Source of the DNA: a virus
Reading direction: 5' to 3' (one strand)
Length of the DNA stretch: 64,000 nt
Virus record (IMG/VR): IMGVR_UViG_3300029911_000010
Coordinates: 32,001-96,000 of that record
The notes below the pieces were generated by a model. It made no database searches. It was not told the DNA's origin and was given only the letters and a program-made list of their open reading frames with translations. Below, in pieces: positions 8,859 to 18,031 of this stretch (position 1 is the first letter of the stretch; the number at the start of each line of letters is the position of its first letter). The translations under genes were made by a program, and so were the position numbers.

Positions 8859-9236
8859 TTAAGCGGCCACTTGGACGTCGTCGCTGTCCGACGTGTCCCA
8901 GCAGGGGTTGGCCCCTGCCAGCGTGCCGTTGTTGAGAGTCAGCATCTTACTGGCACCGCTGGTCAGGTCGACCATGATCGGTGTCGGTGTGCTGATGATG
9001 GTGATGTCTCCCCGATCGATCGCGTCGGCGAATGCCTGGTGCTGCCGTCGAGCAGTCGAGCGGTCGGGACCCTGCCCGATGGCCTCAAGGATGTTGCCGA
9101 ACACGCTGTACTGCTCGTTGTTGGCGAGCTTGACGCCGTGCGGCGGAAGGAACCCGAAATTGCGTTCCTGGCCGCAGGTATTCTGTACCGTGCTGGTCAG
9201 GCAAGATTTGTCGAAATGTCCGGATCGTTCACTCAT
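8859..9236 (-). CDS. Putative virion protein
   Basis: AGGAG RBS, ATG at 9236; strong codon bias; co-transcribed with K-x-A protein gene. Confidence 0.65.
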   Translation of the reverse strand: MSERSGHFDKSCLTSTVQNTCGQERNFGFLPPHGVKLANNEQYSVFGNILEAIGQGPDRSTARRQHQAFADAIDRGDITIISTPTPIMVDLTSGASKMLTLNNGTLAGANPCWDTSDSDDVQVAA

Positions 9237-9322
9237 TGTAATTCTCCTGATTTCAAAGTTCGCAGGCAACCACCGGCGGATAAATTTGAGCCCAAACTCC
9301 GCCGGCAGTCGCCATCGATTCG

Positions 9323-9769
9323 TTAAGCCCGTGCAGCGGGCTGTTGATATTGCGTGGCTTGGGCTGCCTTGATCGTCAGGATCGAGTTGTAGAGCAGCGG
9401 GTTCTGCGCCAGACTGGCGGCAGCCTGCTTAACTGCAACGGCGTGCTCCTGGGTGGCGGCGGCCTTCGTCCGGCCATTCATGCCGTTGGCGCTCATGTAG
9501 CCGTCCAGCTCGGCGATCATCTTGCCGAACGGACTGGGATTGGCGGCAGCGGCTTGCTTCTGGTAGCGGGGGTCTTCTTCGATGGTTCGCAGGCGGGAAG
9601 CCAGGTCCAGGAGTTCCTGGGCCTGAATCTGGTCAGCAGGGGCGATGCCGGCGCTGGCCAGCTTGCTGAAAAATACTTCAGCGCTGACGTTGGTGAAAAG
9701 AGTGTTGTAGGCCGTCTGGAAGTCGGGAAGGGCCGGGGTCGATGCTTGGGCTTGAGTTTGGGCAGACAC
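9323..9769 (-). CDS. Putative internal head protein (K-x-A motifs)
   Basis: GTG start after GGAGG; QKQAAAA, TKAAA, VKQAAAS. Confidence 0.7.
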   Translation of the reverse strand: MSAQTQAQASTPALPDFQTAYNTLFTNVSAEVFFSKLASAGIAPADQIQAQELLDLASRLRTIEEDPRYQKQAAAANPSPFGKMIAELDGYMSANGMNGRTKAAATQEHAVAVKQAAASLAQNPLLYNSILTIKAAQATQYQQPAARA

Positions 9770-9773
9770 GATA

Positions 9774-9812
9774 GTCCTCCGTGACAAGTTACAGGCCCGA
9801 TCCTTTCAGGCC
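9774..9812 (-). promoter_or_regulatory. Pair of CsrA-type hairpins
   Basis: GTC-ACGGAG-GAC (9774-9785, over SD); GGCCTGA-AAGGA-TCGGGCC (9794-9812). Confidence 0.7.
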
Positions 9813-9887
9813 ACTGCATGAATATTAACCGGCAGGGGGCAGGGGATGCAAGCGCCGATGGTTTACAAAGGTTGTTTTGCGATAGCT

Positions 9888-9916
9888 AAAGAAAAGCCGC
9901 CGGGTGGCGGCTTTTC
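9888..9916. terminator. Bidirectional intrinsic terminator
   Basis: GAAAAGCCGCC-GGGT-GGCGGCTTTTC. Confidence 0.75.
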
Positions 9917-9999
9917 GATGATGATCACTTGTCAGGTGACGAATCTGTCGGATGGGATGAATCTGTCGGACGGGTGGCAGAGTCGACGACAACAAAAGG

Positions 10000-10545
10000 T
10001 CAGTCGTTTTCGACTTTCGTATCATCCAGCACGTCGCTTCCACATACCGGACATATATCGTCTTCAGCGCCAAGCGTGAAATCGCAAGACGTGCAAACCC
10101 TGCCGCCGTGCGATTTTGCCGCCGTACGATTGAGTTCAGTGTCGGCAATGTATCTCTCGCGTGATCGTCTGTGCATCTCGTCGTAGCAGCTGCACGGTTC
10201 CAGCGCTGCGTACCTGTTTGCCGCGATACAGCCGGGACATCGGTAATAATGCAACGGCTCTGCACCGTAGGAGGATACACGTTGCAGTATCGATAAAATG
10301 CGCAACTGCGGAGTATCGACGCTGGTGATCACGCTATTGAAGTAAGCTGATTTCACCAATCCTTCAATTTTCATCACTTCGTTGATCATCATCAGATAGA
10401 AAGCGACGCAGCATTCAGGCACGTTTGAATGCAAACCGCACGTCGCGTCGTGTACCGTCTTGGGATCGTTGGTTGATAGTCCGAGACGACGTACCAGATC
10501 GACGCCTTCGGGGGATGACTTGAAATCGAATTTATATTTCTTCAC
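10000..10545 (-). CDS. Cys-rich hypothetical protein with C-terminal Zn ribbon
   Basis: PECC, CPGC, CTSC...CPVCG; GTG after GGAG. Confidence 0.6.
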   Translation of the reverse strand: MKKYKFDFKSSPEGVDLVRRLGLSTNDPKTVHDATCGLHSNVPECCVAFYLMMINEVMKIEGLVKSAYFNSVITSVDTPQLRILSILQRVSSYGAEPLHYYRCPGCIAANRYAALEPCSCYDEMHRRSRERYIADTELNRTAAKSHGGRVCTSCDFTLGAEDDICPVCGSDVLDDTKVEND

Positions 10546-10558
10546 GGGAAACTCCAGG

Positions 10559-10813
10559 TTAGTAGTCTTTGTGGTCGCAAAGCCAGTCGACAACATGAGA
10601 CGCGTGCAGACACTCACAATCTACTACTTCGCCACTGGTTCCGGAATAGATTGTGACATCACACATTTGGGTCTCGTAGTTTAATCTGACCGTGAACAAA
10701 CACGGATGCTCACGCGGTGTGACAAATGTTCCAGCCATGTCGCAAGCTACGTGTGAAAGCAAATCAAAATTAGGTTCTTGCATGATGCCTTTGGGTTGAA
10801 TGACAGGGGTCAA
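10559..10813 (-). CDS. Hypothetical protein
   Basis: Coupled small ORF in accessory cluster. Confidence 0.5.
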   Translation of the reverse strand: MTPVIQPKGIMQEPNFDLLSHVACDMAGTFVTPREHPCLFTVRLNYETQMCDVTIYSGTSGEVVDCECLHASHVVDWLCDHKDY

Positions 10814-11037
10814 TTGTTATCGTTTTCTGGTTCTGGTCCCCATTCCTCGGTGTCGGGGCCGATCAGTTCCAGGTTGGGGAGAGCGTCGAGGTTTTCCATC
10901 CGCTTGCCGGTTACCTCGCGGATGGCATTGCGAAGTTTGCGGGCCAGCTGCCGGTAATGCTTGTAAGGCGGCTGCGACTCCAAGGATTTGATCAGCTCTT
11001 TCACAACCGGGCCGGGAATCTTGGCATAGCTCTTCAT
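10810..11037 (-). CDS. Hypothetical protein
   Basis: TAAGGAG RBS, 75 aa. Confidence 0.65.
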   Translation of the reverse strand: MKSYAKIPGPVVKELIKSLESQPPYKHYRQLARKLRNAIREVTGKRMENLDALPNLELIGPDTEEWGPEPENDNN

Positions 11038-11621
11038 GAGGCTCCTTATTTTTTACGGCGCTCATTCATCCACTGATCCATCGTCTTACCGTCGAACACG
11101 TCTCGCTCGACTTCGTCCATGCTGTTCAAGATGAACATCCGTACGAGCAGCAGGACACAGAACAAAATAACAAGGCCAACGACCATCGTGCCGATAACTT
11201 CCATGTAGACTCCTGGTTAGCGGGTAAGAAAAATCCGCAGTCGACGCGATGGGATGAAAGTCTATACGACCAACCGCTGCGGAGCCGGCCGGAGTACGTG
11301 CAAGCTCTCTACGGAAGCTCGCAGTCCCGTCTAAACACAGCATTGGGGACCTGCCGCGTCATCGCTCACGTCAATCACGATTACGTTTCAATCATACGTC
11401 GCGGGGGCTTAGTTTCGTCAGATGCTTTTTGCAAAGCCACGATCGCATTCAAAGCAGCCGCCAACACGGACACGGATCGATAGGGGATTGTAACGCGGAC
11501 AATTTCTGTGCCGCCAAGCAAGGGATCGGTTGTGATCACCAGCTGCGTTGCCGCTTCATTATCTTCAACACCTATGAATGGTTCCAGTGAAAGTCAACTC
11601 AGGTAAGGATGCGACGTTGAC

Positions 11622-11840
11622 TCAGTCGGCCAGCTTCAAGTTCAAATCGGCCAGCACGCGTTCGATTTCACGCAAGCTGACCCGACCGAAATTCTTGTAA
11701 GCCAGAAGGTCATCAGGCGTCTTTGCGATAAGCTCTCTGATGGTGTTGACGTTGGCCTTGAACAAACATCTGCGGGCTCGATGTGATGACAAGTGCAACA
11801 GTTCGACGCTGCGATCGAGAACATTGATTTCTTCTGACAT
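11622..11840 (-). CDS. Stand-alone RNA polymerase alpha C-terminal domain protein
   Basis: LDRSVELLHLSSHRARRCLFKANVNTIRELIAKTPDDLLAYKNFGRVSLREI matches the alpha-CTD pattern (LSxRxxNCL...KNFGxxSLxEI). Confidence 0.9.
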   Translation of the reverse strand: MSEEINVLDRSVELLHLSSHRARRCLFKANVNTIRELIAKTPDDLLAYKNFGRVSLREIERVLADLNLKLAD

Positions 11841-11897
11841 GGAAACTCCGGGTTAGAGGTCACTGGGTAGGGGAATGCCCGCGTGGGCTAAACTCTC

Positions 11898-11931
11898 TCA
11901 TTTCTTTTGACGCATTTCAAGTTGAAATTTA
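11898..11931 (-). promoter_or_regulatory. Repeated intergenic motif, copy 2 (candidate phage-RNAP promoter)
   Basis: Same pattern as 7103-7136; directly upstream of alpha-CTD gene. Confidence 0.5.
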
Positions 11932-12960
11932 CGTCGCAACCGCCTGAGCCGTAACATGCGGGCATTGGCCGTAGATATGCTTGGCTTTGTTACAGTTAGA
12001 ACACAACAGTTGCCAATTGTCCTTCGGAAATCCGGCAGCTTTAAGCCGGCGGTAAAGCCTTAATCCGCCGCTGCCGTGTGCTCGACGATCATCAGCCCCC
12101 TTACCGTCGATGTGATCAATTTCTAGAAACTGCGGCAATGTTTCCGGACAACCAGGACACGAACATTTACTACCGTAGGCTTCGATGATTTCGGCGCGGA
12201 GTCGATCATGCTTGCGATTAGATTTTTTCCGACTCATTATCAAATGCCGCTCACACATTGTCTTGTCTTCGACTGCAAGTTGATCACAGTGCTGGGCAAC
12301 ACAAATCCCTTTGTCTTTCCGATTAGCGTAATCGTTCTTGTCTTCTTCTCGACAGTCGTCGCAATACCTATTGACTCCGTTGGTCGGTTTATCGCATTGC
12401 GTGCATTTGCCAGCCTGCTGTCGCTCCGCTGTTTTCTGCCGCCTTACTTCTCGGCACTGATCACATCGGACAGTCCCCGGTTCAACATAAGCCGGGCAGC
12501 TTTGACACAGACCGGCACGAAGACGAGCGTTGTAACGCGGAATATCTTCGATTCGTTCCAGCTGCAAAGCGTAACAGTACCGACAACGATCCTGCTCGGC
12601 ATCAATGTAAAACGCGCCGCATTCGATGCAAATCCCCTGAGCAAGCCGCTCAGCGGATTCGGTCTCTTTGATCGCTTGAGATTGCACGGCAAGTTCGGCA
12701 GCAGTCATAATCTGCCGGTTTCGTTGCTTTATAAGACACAGATCACAGTAAACTGAATCAACACCGGCCGGTTGTGTACAGCCAGTCGTCACGCATAAAC
12801 CGGTCTGCTTGCGTCGAAGATATTTCTCGTGATCTTTTTGCTTAGCGACATCTGTGTGATACTGACATCTAGCTTTTCCCGGTAAAGCCGGTTGACTGCA
12901 CGAACAACATAAACCCCGTTCACGCCGACTTCGTTGTACATCTGCCGAATGAATCGCCAT
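11929..12960 (-). CDS. HNH endonuclease with multiple Cys-rich (GLCxxC...C..C) repeats
   Basis: C-terminal LEIDHIDGKG...QLLCSNCNKAK; about 6 N-terminal Zn-finger-like repeats; lower GC than neighbours. Confidence 0.85.
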   Translation of the reverse strand: MAIHSADVQRSRRERGLCCSCSQPALPGKARCQYHTDVAKQKDHEKYLRRKQTGLCVTTGCTQPAGVDSVYCDLCLIKQRNRQIMTAAELAVQSQAIKETESAERLAQGICIECGAFYIDAEQDRCRYCYALQLERIEDIPRYNARLRAGLCQSCPAYVEPGTVRCDQCREVRRQKTAERQQAGKCTQCDKPTNGVNRYCDDCREEDKNDYANRKDKGICVAQHCDQLAVEDKTMCERHLIMSRKKSNRKHDRLRAEIIEAYGSKCSCPGCPETLPQFLEIDHIDGKGADDRRAHGSGGLRLYRRLKAAGFPKDNWQLLCSNCNKAKHIYGQCPHVTAQAVAT

Positions 12961-12972
12961 GACGAACTCCTT

Positions 12973-13010
12973 AAAAACAGAGACCGTTCGAGAATTATCT
13001 CGAACGGTCT
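12973..13010 (-). terminator. Terminator after capsid gene
   Basis: 13-bp perfect stem AGACCGTTCGAGA/TCTCGAACGGTCT then CTGTTTTT. Confidence 0.7.
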
Positions 13011-13011
13011 A

Positions 13012-13040
13012 AGTCTAGTCAGAGTTGTAAGCGAAGTCAA
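13012..13040 (-). promoter_or_regulatory. sigma70-like promoter
   Basis: TTGACT-17nt-TAGACT immediately after MCP stop. Confidence 0.55.
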
Positions 13041-13979
13041 TCAGACAAAGTCCGCACGGGCCAGCCCTGACGTGAAGCCAATCGTGCCGCCCATGGTCTC
13101 ATAGGCGAAAAATTCCAACATAAAGGCTTCGCGCCTAATGTACATAGTCGTGTCTTCAAGCACATAGGACTTGCCGATGAACTTGGGATCACTGAACATG
13201 TACATCGTGTTGGTCGGGACCAGACCCTTCTTGATCGTGATCACCCAGGTCTTGCCCATGAACTCCTGGAGCGTCCAGCCGTTCTTCATGATGTCCTGAG
13301 ACAGGTCGCCACCCATCTCGTTGCGGCCGAACTTGCACACATCCTTGATCGTGATGTGGTTGATGAGGATCGTGTGGACCTCCAGCGAGCTGGGGGTGTT
13401 GGGCATGATCTTCATCGCATCTTCCAGCGTATCGCGGGTGATGCCACCGGCAATCACTTCGTACTGGACGACGCCGCTGGTCGGGACAACCAGGCCGGGG
13501 CCGACGATCGCGGTGTTGATGGCGCGGATGAATTTAGAATCTTCCTCTGCCAACATGTCCTTGATCGCGTTATCACTGAGCACCTGGCGGATGTCCATGA
13601 TCCAGGTCCGCAGCTCGTCCACGTCTTTGGTGAAACGGGGCGTGACGATACGGTCGAACATGACGCGGTAGCGGGGACCGCGAATGTACAGGTTCTGCGG
13701 CAAGGTCGCGAACGCGATGCTGATGGCAGCAGGCGAATTCGGTTCCTTGTCGACCACCTTGACCGGCTTGTCGGTGTCGACCTGGCGGTCCAGCTCATCG
13801 TTGCCGATGGGCGTGGCCGGCAGGATGCGGCGGTAAAAGCCGTCTTCACGCATCTTCGTACGCGTGAAGTCGTTGATGGAATCTTCGGCCTGTTTGATCA
13901 GGCCGTTATCACGAGAGCCAAGCTGCTGAAAAAGCGTTTGATTCAGCAGCTTAGTTTCTTCGGGGGAGAGCTGAACCAT
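13041..13979 (-). CDS. Major capsid protein (HK97 fold)
   Basis: 312 aa, last of protease-scaffold-decoration gene order, strong codon bias, HK97-like pattern (RRILP, DIRQ...AIKDMLAEED spine helix, terminal beta strands). Confidence 0.8.
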   Translation of the reverse strand: MVQLSPEETKLLNQTLFQQLGSRDNGLIKQAEDSINDFTRTKMREDGFYRRILPATPIGNDELDRQVDTDKPVKVVDKEPNSPAAISIAFATLPQNLYIRGPRYRVMFDRIVTPRFTKDVDELRTWIMDIRQVLSDNAIKDMLAEEDSKFIRAINTAIVGPGLVVPTSGVVQYEVIAGGITRDTLEDAMKIMPNTPSSLEVHTILINHITIKDVCKFGRNEMGGDLSQDIMKNGWTLQEFMGKTWVITIKKGLVPTNTMYMFSDPKFIGKSYVLEDTTMYIRREAFMLEFFAYETMGGTIGFTSGLARADFV

Positions 13980-13984
13980 TTTTA

Positions 13985-14026
13985 GATCCTCCGTGATCAG
14001 TTAAAAGTCACCGCCATCCTTGGCGG
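13985..14026 (-). promoter_or_regulatory. Pair of CsrA-type hairpins in MCP leader
   Basis: GATC-ACGGAG-GATC (13985-13998, over SD); CCGCC-AAGGAT-GGCGG (14011-14026). Confidence 0.8.
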
Positions 14027-14048
14027 CATGAAACACTCTGCCATCAGC

Positions 14049-14591
14049 TTAGGCGCTGGGGGGCAGATACACAGGCCAGAAGGCAACCGCCTCATAGCCA
14101 TAACCGTTGTCGACCAATCCACGCGACACAACGCCGCAGATCGTGTTCGTGCCGAGCGTGCCCGGCGTGAGCATACCTGCCAGCACCGCACCGCTGTTGA
14201 CCAGGGGGCTGGTCAGGTGGGTGTTGGGCGGGTAGGTCTGGGTGTCGTCGTAGTTGGTCGAAACCAACTCGTAGGCACCGACCGCGACCAGGAACATCAG
14301 CACGCCGGTCGGATTGATGGCAATGAAGACGTCCTTGGTGGTCGCAGCATCACCGCCGTCATTCTGCACGTCGGGGTCATCCGACGCCTGGAAATTGAAC
14401 AGCGGCATGACCGGACTGTTACCCACGCCCAAGACCGCGTAGCCATTGGCATTCAGGGAGCAGCAAGCCCCCGGCGGCACACGAGTCTGGACGGACGGAT
14501 CGAACTTGCCCTCGAAATCGAGAGCATTGGGACGCGGCCAGCCCTTGAGGGGGTTGAGCGTCTGGGAAGTCATTTGACGAGGAGCAGCCAT
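14049..14591 (-). CDS. Putative capsid decoration/cement protein
   Basis: Directly upstream of MCP, beta-rich, shares 19-nt leader AACTGATCACGGAGGATCT with MCP; start MAAPR at 14591. Confidence 0.6.
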   Translation of the reverse strand: MAAPRQMTSQTLNPLKGWPRPNALDFEGKFDPSVQTRVPPGACCSLNANGYAVLGVGNSPVMPLFNFQASDDPDVQNDGGDAATTKDVFIAINPTGVLMFLVAVGAYELVSTNYDDTQTYPPNTHLTSPLVNSGAVLAGMLTPGTLGTNTICGVVSRGLVDNGYGYEAVAFWPVYLPPSA

Positions 14592-14596
14592 TTTAA

Positions 14597-14638
14597 GATC
14601 CTCCGTGATCAGTTGGAAACGAGCCATCCATCCTTGGA
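14597..14638 (-). promoter_or_regulatory. Pair of CsrA-type hairpins
   Basis: GATC-ACGGAG-GATC (14597-14610); TCC-AAGGAT-GGA (14627-14638). Confidence 0.8.
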
Positions 14639-14661
14639 GGCCCTAATTCGTTGGTGAAAAC

Positions 14662-15126
14662 TTATCCTTCTTTGTTGACGAGCCGTTCGAGACCAAGCCC
14701 GTTGAACAAACGACGATCGGAATCCATCATGTTCGACGTGTGAGCGCCGACCACGACGGTGTTTGGAAGCTTTTCCAGCAACACCGAGCCGCCGTCAGAT
14801 GCCTGCTTCTCGGCGGCACCCAGGCGATCCTTGGGATGGGCGGATTTGAGCTGTGCCAGTTCGGCTTTGGCTTCCGCCAGCTTGGTAACGGCCGAACCGA
14901 GGATGGCCAGCGTTTCGTTGTGGCTGGCCAGCTTGGTGGTCATCGTGTCGGTTTGATTCTTGCCGAGAACGCCGGAATCGACCATCTGCTGGACGAGTCC
15001 GGGAATCCGCTCGGCGGCGGTCTTCTGTGCTCCGCGAATCTCCGTGACTTCGTCCACTGCACGCTTACCCAGCGCACTGGACACTTCTACGAAGCGGAGC
15101 ATGTTGTTTGCGAGTTCGGGTTTCAT
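14662..15126 (-). CDS. Helical head-assembly/internal protein (K-x-A motifs)
   Basis: QKTAAE, EKQASD; SD in hairpin CAGC-ATGGAG-GCTG (15132-15145). Confidence 0.7.
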   Translation of the reverse strand: MKPELANNMLRFVEVSSALGKRAVDEVTEIRGAQKTAAERIPGLVQQMVDSGVLGKNQTDTMTTKLASHNETLAILGSAVTKLAEAKAELAQLKSAHPKDRLGAAEKQASDGGSVLLEKLPNTVVVGAHTSNMMDSDRRLFNGLGLERLVNKEG

Positions 15127-15162
15127 TGTGACAGCCTCCATGCTGCTTGTTGGGTTGATTTC

Positions 15163-16491
15163 TTACCGGACAGCCGCTGCAGCGGCTTGCTTTTGACGGC
15201 TGCGGCCGATCACCTCAACGAGATAAGCTCGGGCCGCCTGCTTAACTTGTTCGCTGACACCGGCGTCAGCGGCTGCCACCTGCATGCCTGGAGGCGGGCC
15301 ACCGGCTCCCGGAGGAGGGCCACCCATGCCTGGAGGCGGGCCACCGGCTCCCGGAGGAGGGCCACCCATGCCCGGAGGGCCGCCAGCGCCTGGAGGCGGG
15401 CCACCGGCCCCCGGAGGGCCACCGGCACCACCGCCGCCGGCCTGTTCTTCCTGGTAGGCCTGCATGAACTGCTCGGGCGTGATGCCCATCTGTTGCAGCA
15501 TGGCCATGATTTGTTGAATATCGCCGCCACCGCCGCCAGAAGGGTCATCGCCGCCGGAGGGATCGCCGCCCGGAGGCGGGCCACCAGCGCCAGGGGGAGG
15601 GCCGCCCATGCCGGGAGGGGGAGCGCCGCCGCCTGCGGGATCTTCGTCACCGCCGGGAGGAGGAGCGCCGCCGCCGTCTTCGCCCTTGCCGTCGCCGCCG
15701 GCCTTCACCCGCTGCTGCACACGCTGCTGGCAGTAGTTAATGACGCGATCGGCATCGGATTCGGCTTCCTTGATGATTTCCACCAGGGTGTCCTGCACCA
15801 TGCGGTCGGCGGCAGCCTTGTCCATCGTGCCGTCGATCAAGCCGGCCAGTTCCCAGCCTGCCTGGCGGCTGAGTTGAGGATTGACCGGTTGAGCCACCTG
15901 CTGGGCAGTCTGCTGGGGCTGGGCAGCTGCGCCTTCCTTGGTGACGTTGGTCTGCACTTCATTGGCGATCTGGGCACAGAGAAGCTCACCCAACGAAGAG
16001 ATCTCGCCGGCCAGCTTCTGCAGCGGGTCATTGGCCAGATCGGTGGCGTACTTGCCGCCATTGAGTTCGCTGTTGTCGGTGCGGGCCGGATGGGTGGTGG
16101 GCTTCTTGTAGCCCTTGTCTTCCTTGGTGGTCTTGGTCTTGGGCACGTCCTCCCCGGTCGGCGTGGCTCGAAGCCCAATGTTGTACTGGTCGGCCTCGGC
16201 AGTCCCCGGCTCACCTACGCCACCGGACTTGGCAGTGCCGGCTTCGGGTGTGGAGTCGACCGAGGGCTTGCCCTGGTCGGCCTTGACGTCCTTGGTGTTC
16301 TCGGCCGAGCGGAAGCCTTCTTTGGCTTTCTCGGTCCGGTCGTCGACCTTTTTCACGGGGTGAGTGGTTTCGCCGCCGATGCTTCCGGGTTCAGTGTGAG
16401 CCTCGGCAGTCTTGGCAATCGTTGAAGCGGCGCTGGATTCCACGCGAGCAAGATACGCTTCGATCGTGGAAAGCTGGTGTTGAGCAGACAT
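15163..16491 (-). CDS. Probable scaffolding/core protein with Gly-Pro repeats
   Basis: Between protease and capsid genes; disordered, many K-x-A motifs, (GGPPPGA/M)n; AGAC-AAGGAT-GTCT hairpin over start codon (16486-16499). Confidence 0.6.
   Translation of the reverse strand: MSAQHQLSTIEAYLARVESSAASTIAKTAEAHTEPGSIGGETTHPVKKVDDRTEKAKEGFRSAENTKDVKADQGKPSVDSTPEAGTAKSGGVGEPGTAEADQYNIGLRATPTGEDVPKTKTTKEDKGYKKPTTHPARTDNSELNGGKYATDLANDPLQKLAGEISSLGELLCAQIANEVQTNVTKEGAAAQPQQTAQQVAQPVNPQLSRQAGWELAGLIDGTMDKAAADRMVQDTLVEIIKEAESDADRVINYCQQRVQQRVKAGGDGKGEDGGGAPPPGGDEDPAGGGAPPPGMGGPPPGAGGPPPGGDPSGGDDPSGGGGGDIQQIMAMLQQMGITPEQFMQAYQEEQAGGGGAGGPPGAGGPPPGAGGPPGMGGPPPGAGGPPPGMGGPPPGAGGPPPGMQVAAADAGVSEQVKQAARAYLVEVIGRSRQKQAAAAAVR
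15283..15430. repeat. Coding tandem repeats (21/42-nt units) encoding GGPPPG[AM]
   Basis: catgcctggaggcgggccaccggctcccggaggagggccacc repeated. Confidence 0.85.
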
Positions 16492-16537
16492 CCTTGTCTC
16501 CTAAAATTGCATCCTGCTGATCGGCCGAGGCTCGGCC

Positions 16538-18022
16538 TCACATCACCTTATTCTGCCCGATAGCAAGGGACGCTGTCAAATGGAAGTCGTGGTCACTGGC
16601 TGCCATTCTGTACAAGGCAGCCAGTTTGTAAAGACCGTAGTCCTCGGCAAGTTCGCCGGCACCGGGTACGTCCGAAGCCGACTTTTCTAAAGTTGATTTG
16701 CATTCCGGGGTCGGCAAATGCCGCAATTCGCACCGCATGGCACGCTCGGCAGCCGCATCCTGGGTCAACCCGTGAGACCCCTGGAGGTTGCGAGCAAGGG
16801 CTCTGATCGGTGTCGTGGCGACAGCGTCGGAACACGCATATTTGTTGAACGATAACCGGGCGTCAAACTTGGGATTCTGCGCAATCGTCGTGAAAATACC
16901 CGGCAGGCAGACCGAAGCCGCCTTGACAAGATCCGGTCGGCTGGTCCAACGGGCAAAGTCGGCCAGGGTCAACATCACCTTCTGATCAGCCAGGGCTCCC
17001 AATGACGCAGCAGCCTTTTCGCTGCCGGGCATGCCCAGCAAGGCCAGCTGCTCGTCGCTGATCGTTCCCTGCACGACAGGGTGGAAACTCTTGCGCACCG
17101 GCTCGGACGGCCGCATCCCTTGTTCCTGCCGGGCCAGCGCCATGGCCAGCTTGGTCTGCCCCATTAGCTTGGAATTCCAGTTGTAGGGAAAATCCTGGCT
17201 CAGACACACCGCCAGCGGCGCAGTGACGTTAAGCATTTCAGCCATCTCGGCTCCGGGGATGAAATCCTGGTGACTGGCGGCTTTCTCCAGCCAGTCAGCC
17301 TTGGTGCCGTAGGCCGTGCGATCAGCCGGCCGAAACACGTCAGAAATGTCGAAAAACGATGGCGTCGGATTATCGACGTGCAGGATGTGTCCGTCGAAGG
17401 CGACCTTGGCCAGATTCTTGGAGCAGCCGCCGTACTTGCAGGTTCCCTCGGTGCAGTATTCCTCACGGGTGCGAGCCTTGTGCTGGCAGCCGCTGCAGAC
17501 GTCAAAAGGCACCCGGCAAGCCATCGAGACTGCCAGGTCTTCGTCCTTAGCCAGCTTCTCCAGCTCTCGGCTGGCGACAAAGCCACCGTTGCGATCCGCC
17601 GCCGACTTCTCTCCGTTGAGCGCCGCCAGCAGCTCAACGCGGCTCATCGGCAGATTCATCGCCGACTTTTCCACCCGGCCGTAGCTTAGCCGTGGATCTT
17701 TGTTCTGGTGGTTGCGATACCAGCGGGCGTACTTCTCAAACGTATTGTGATAATCCTTGAGCGTCTGCTCGGTCCAACCGTCGCCGTTGCGATTAGGTCC
17801 CCACTTCTCGGTAGAGCCCATGGCCAGCAAGTGAACCGGCACTTCGTCCTTGGCAAACTTGATGGAGTCCAGGATGTCCAGGAACGCCGGAGCCGTAGCC
17901 CCGGCCAGCTTTATGAAGTCGCTGCGATCGCTGCCGATCAGACCGCGACTGGAGACCTTGATCATCTGCGCAATGGGCTGGTCCCAATTCCATCCTGACG
18001 GGCTGAAAATCTTGATCATCAT
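16538..18022 (-). CDS. Prohead maturation protease (assemblin/HK97-type) with Zn insert
   Basis: NRNGD, NHQN (His), VSMAC (Ser) followed by CxxC...C...C, and DISDVFRPAD; upstream of scaffold and capsid. Confidence 0.8.
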   Translation of the reverse strand: MMIKIFSPSGWNWDQPIAQMIKVSSRGLIGSDRSDFIKLAGATAPAFLDILDSIKFAKDEVPVHLLAMGSTEKWGPNRNGDGWTEQTLKDYHNTFEKYARWYRNHQNKDPRLSYGRVEKSAMNLPMSRVELLAALNGEKSAADRNGGFVASRELEKLAKDEDLAVSMACRVPFDVCSGCQHKARTREEYCTEGTCKYGGCSKNLAKVAFDGHILHVDNPTPSFFDISDVFRPADRTAYGTKADWLEKAASHQDFIPGAEMAEMLNVTAPLAVCLSQDFPYNWNSKLMGQTKLAMALARQEQGMRPSEPVRKSFHPVVQGTISDEQLALLGMPGSEKAAASLGALADQKVMLTLADFARWTSRPDLVKAASVCLPGIFTTIAQNPKFDARLSFNKYACSDAVATTPIRALARNLQGSHGLTQDAAAERAMRCELRHLPTPECKSTLEKSASDVPGAGELAEDYGLYKLAALYRMAASDHDFHLTASLAIGQNKVM

Positions 18023-18031
18023 CGACTCCTG

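Noticed and set aside
9935-9976. CsrB-like sponge RNA (GAATCTGTCGGA twice on + strand)
   Set aside because: Few GGA motifs and none in clear hairpin loops; no CsrA-titrating sRNA found in this window
13041-13979. Encapsulin nanocompartment rather than phage capsid
   Set aside because: Context includes prohead protease, neck and sheath genes
14740-16425. Long plus-strand ORFs (561 aa here; also 21210, 28357, 43530, 61994)
   Set aside because: Antisense shadows of GC-biased minus-strand genes; no RBS or recognisable motifs
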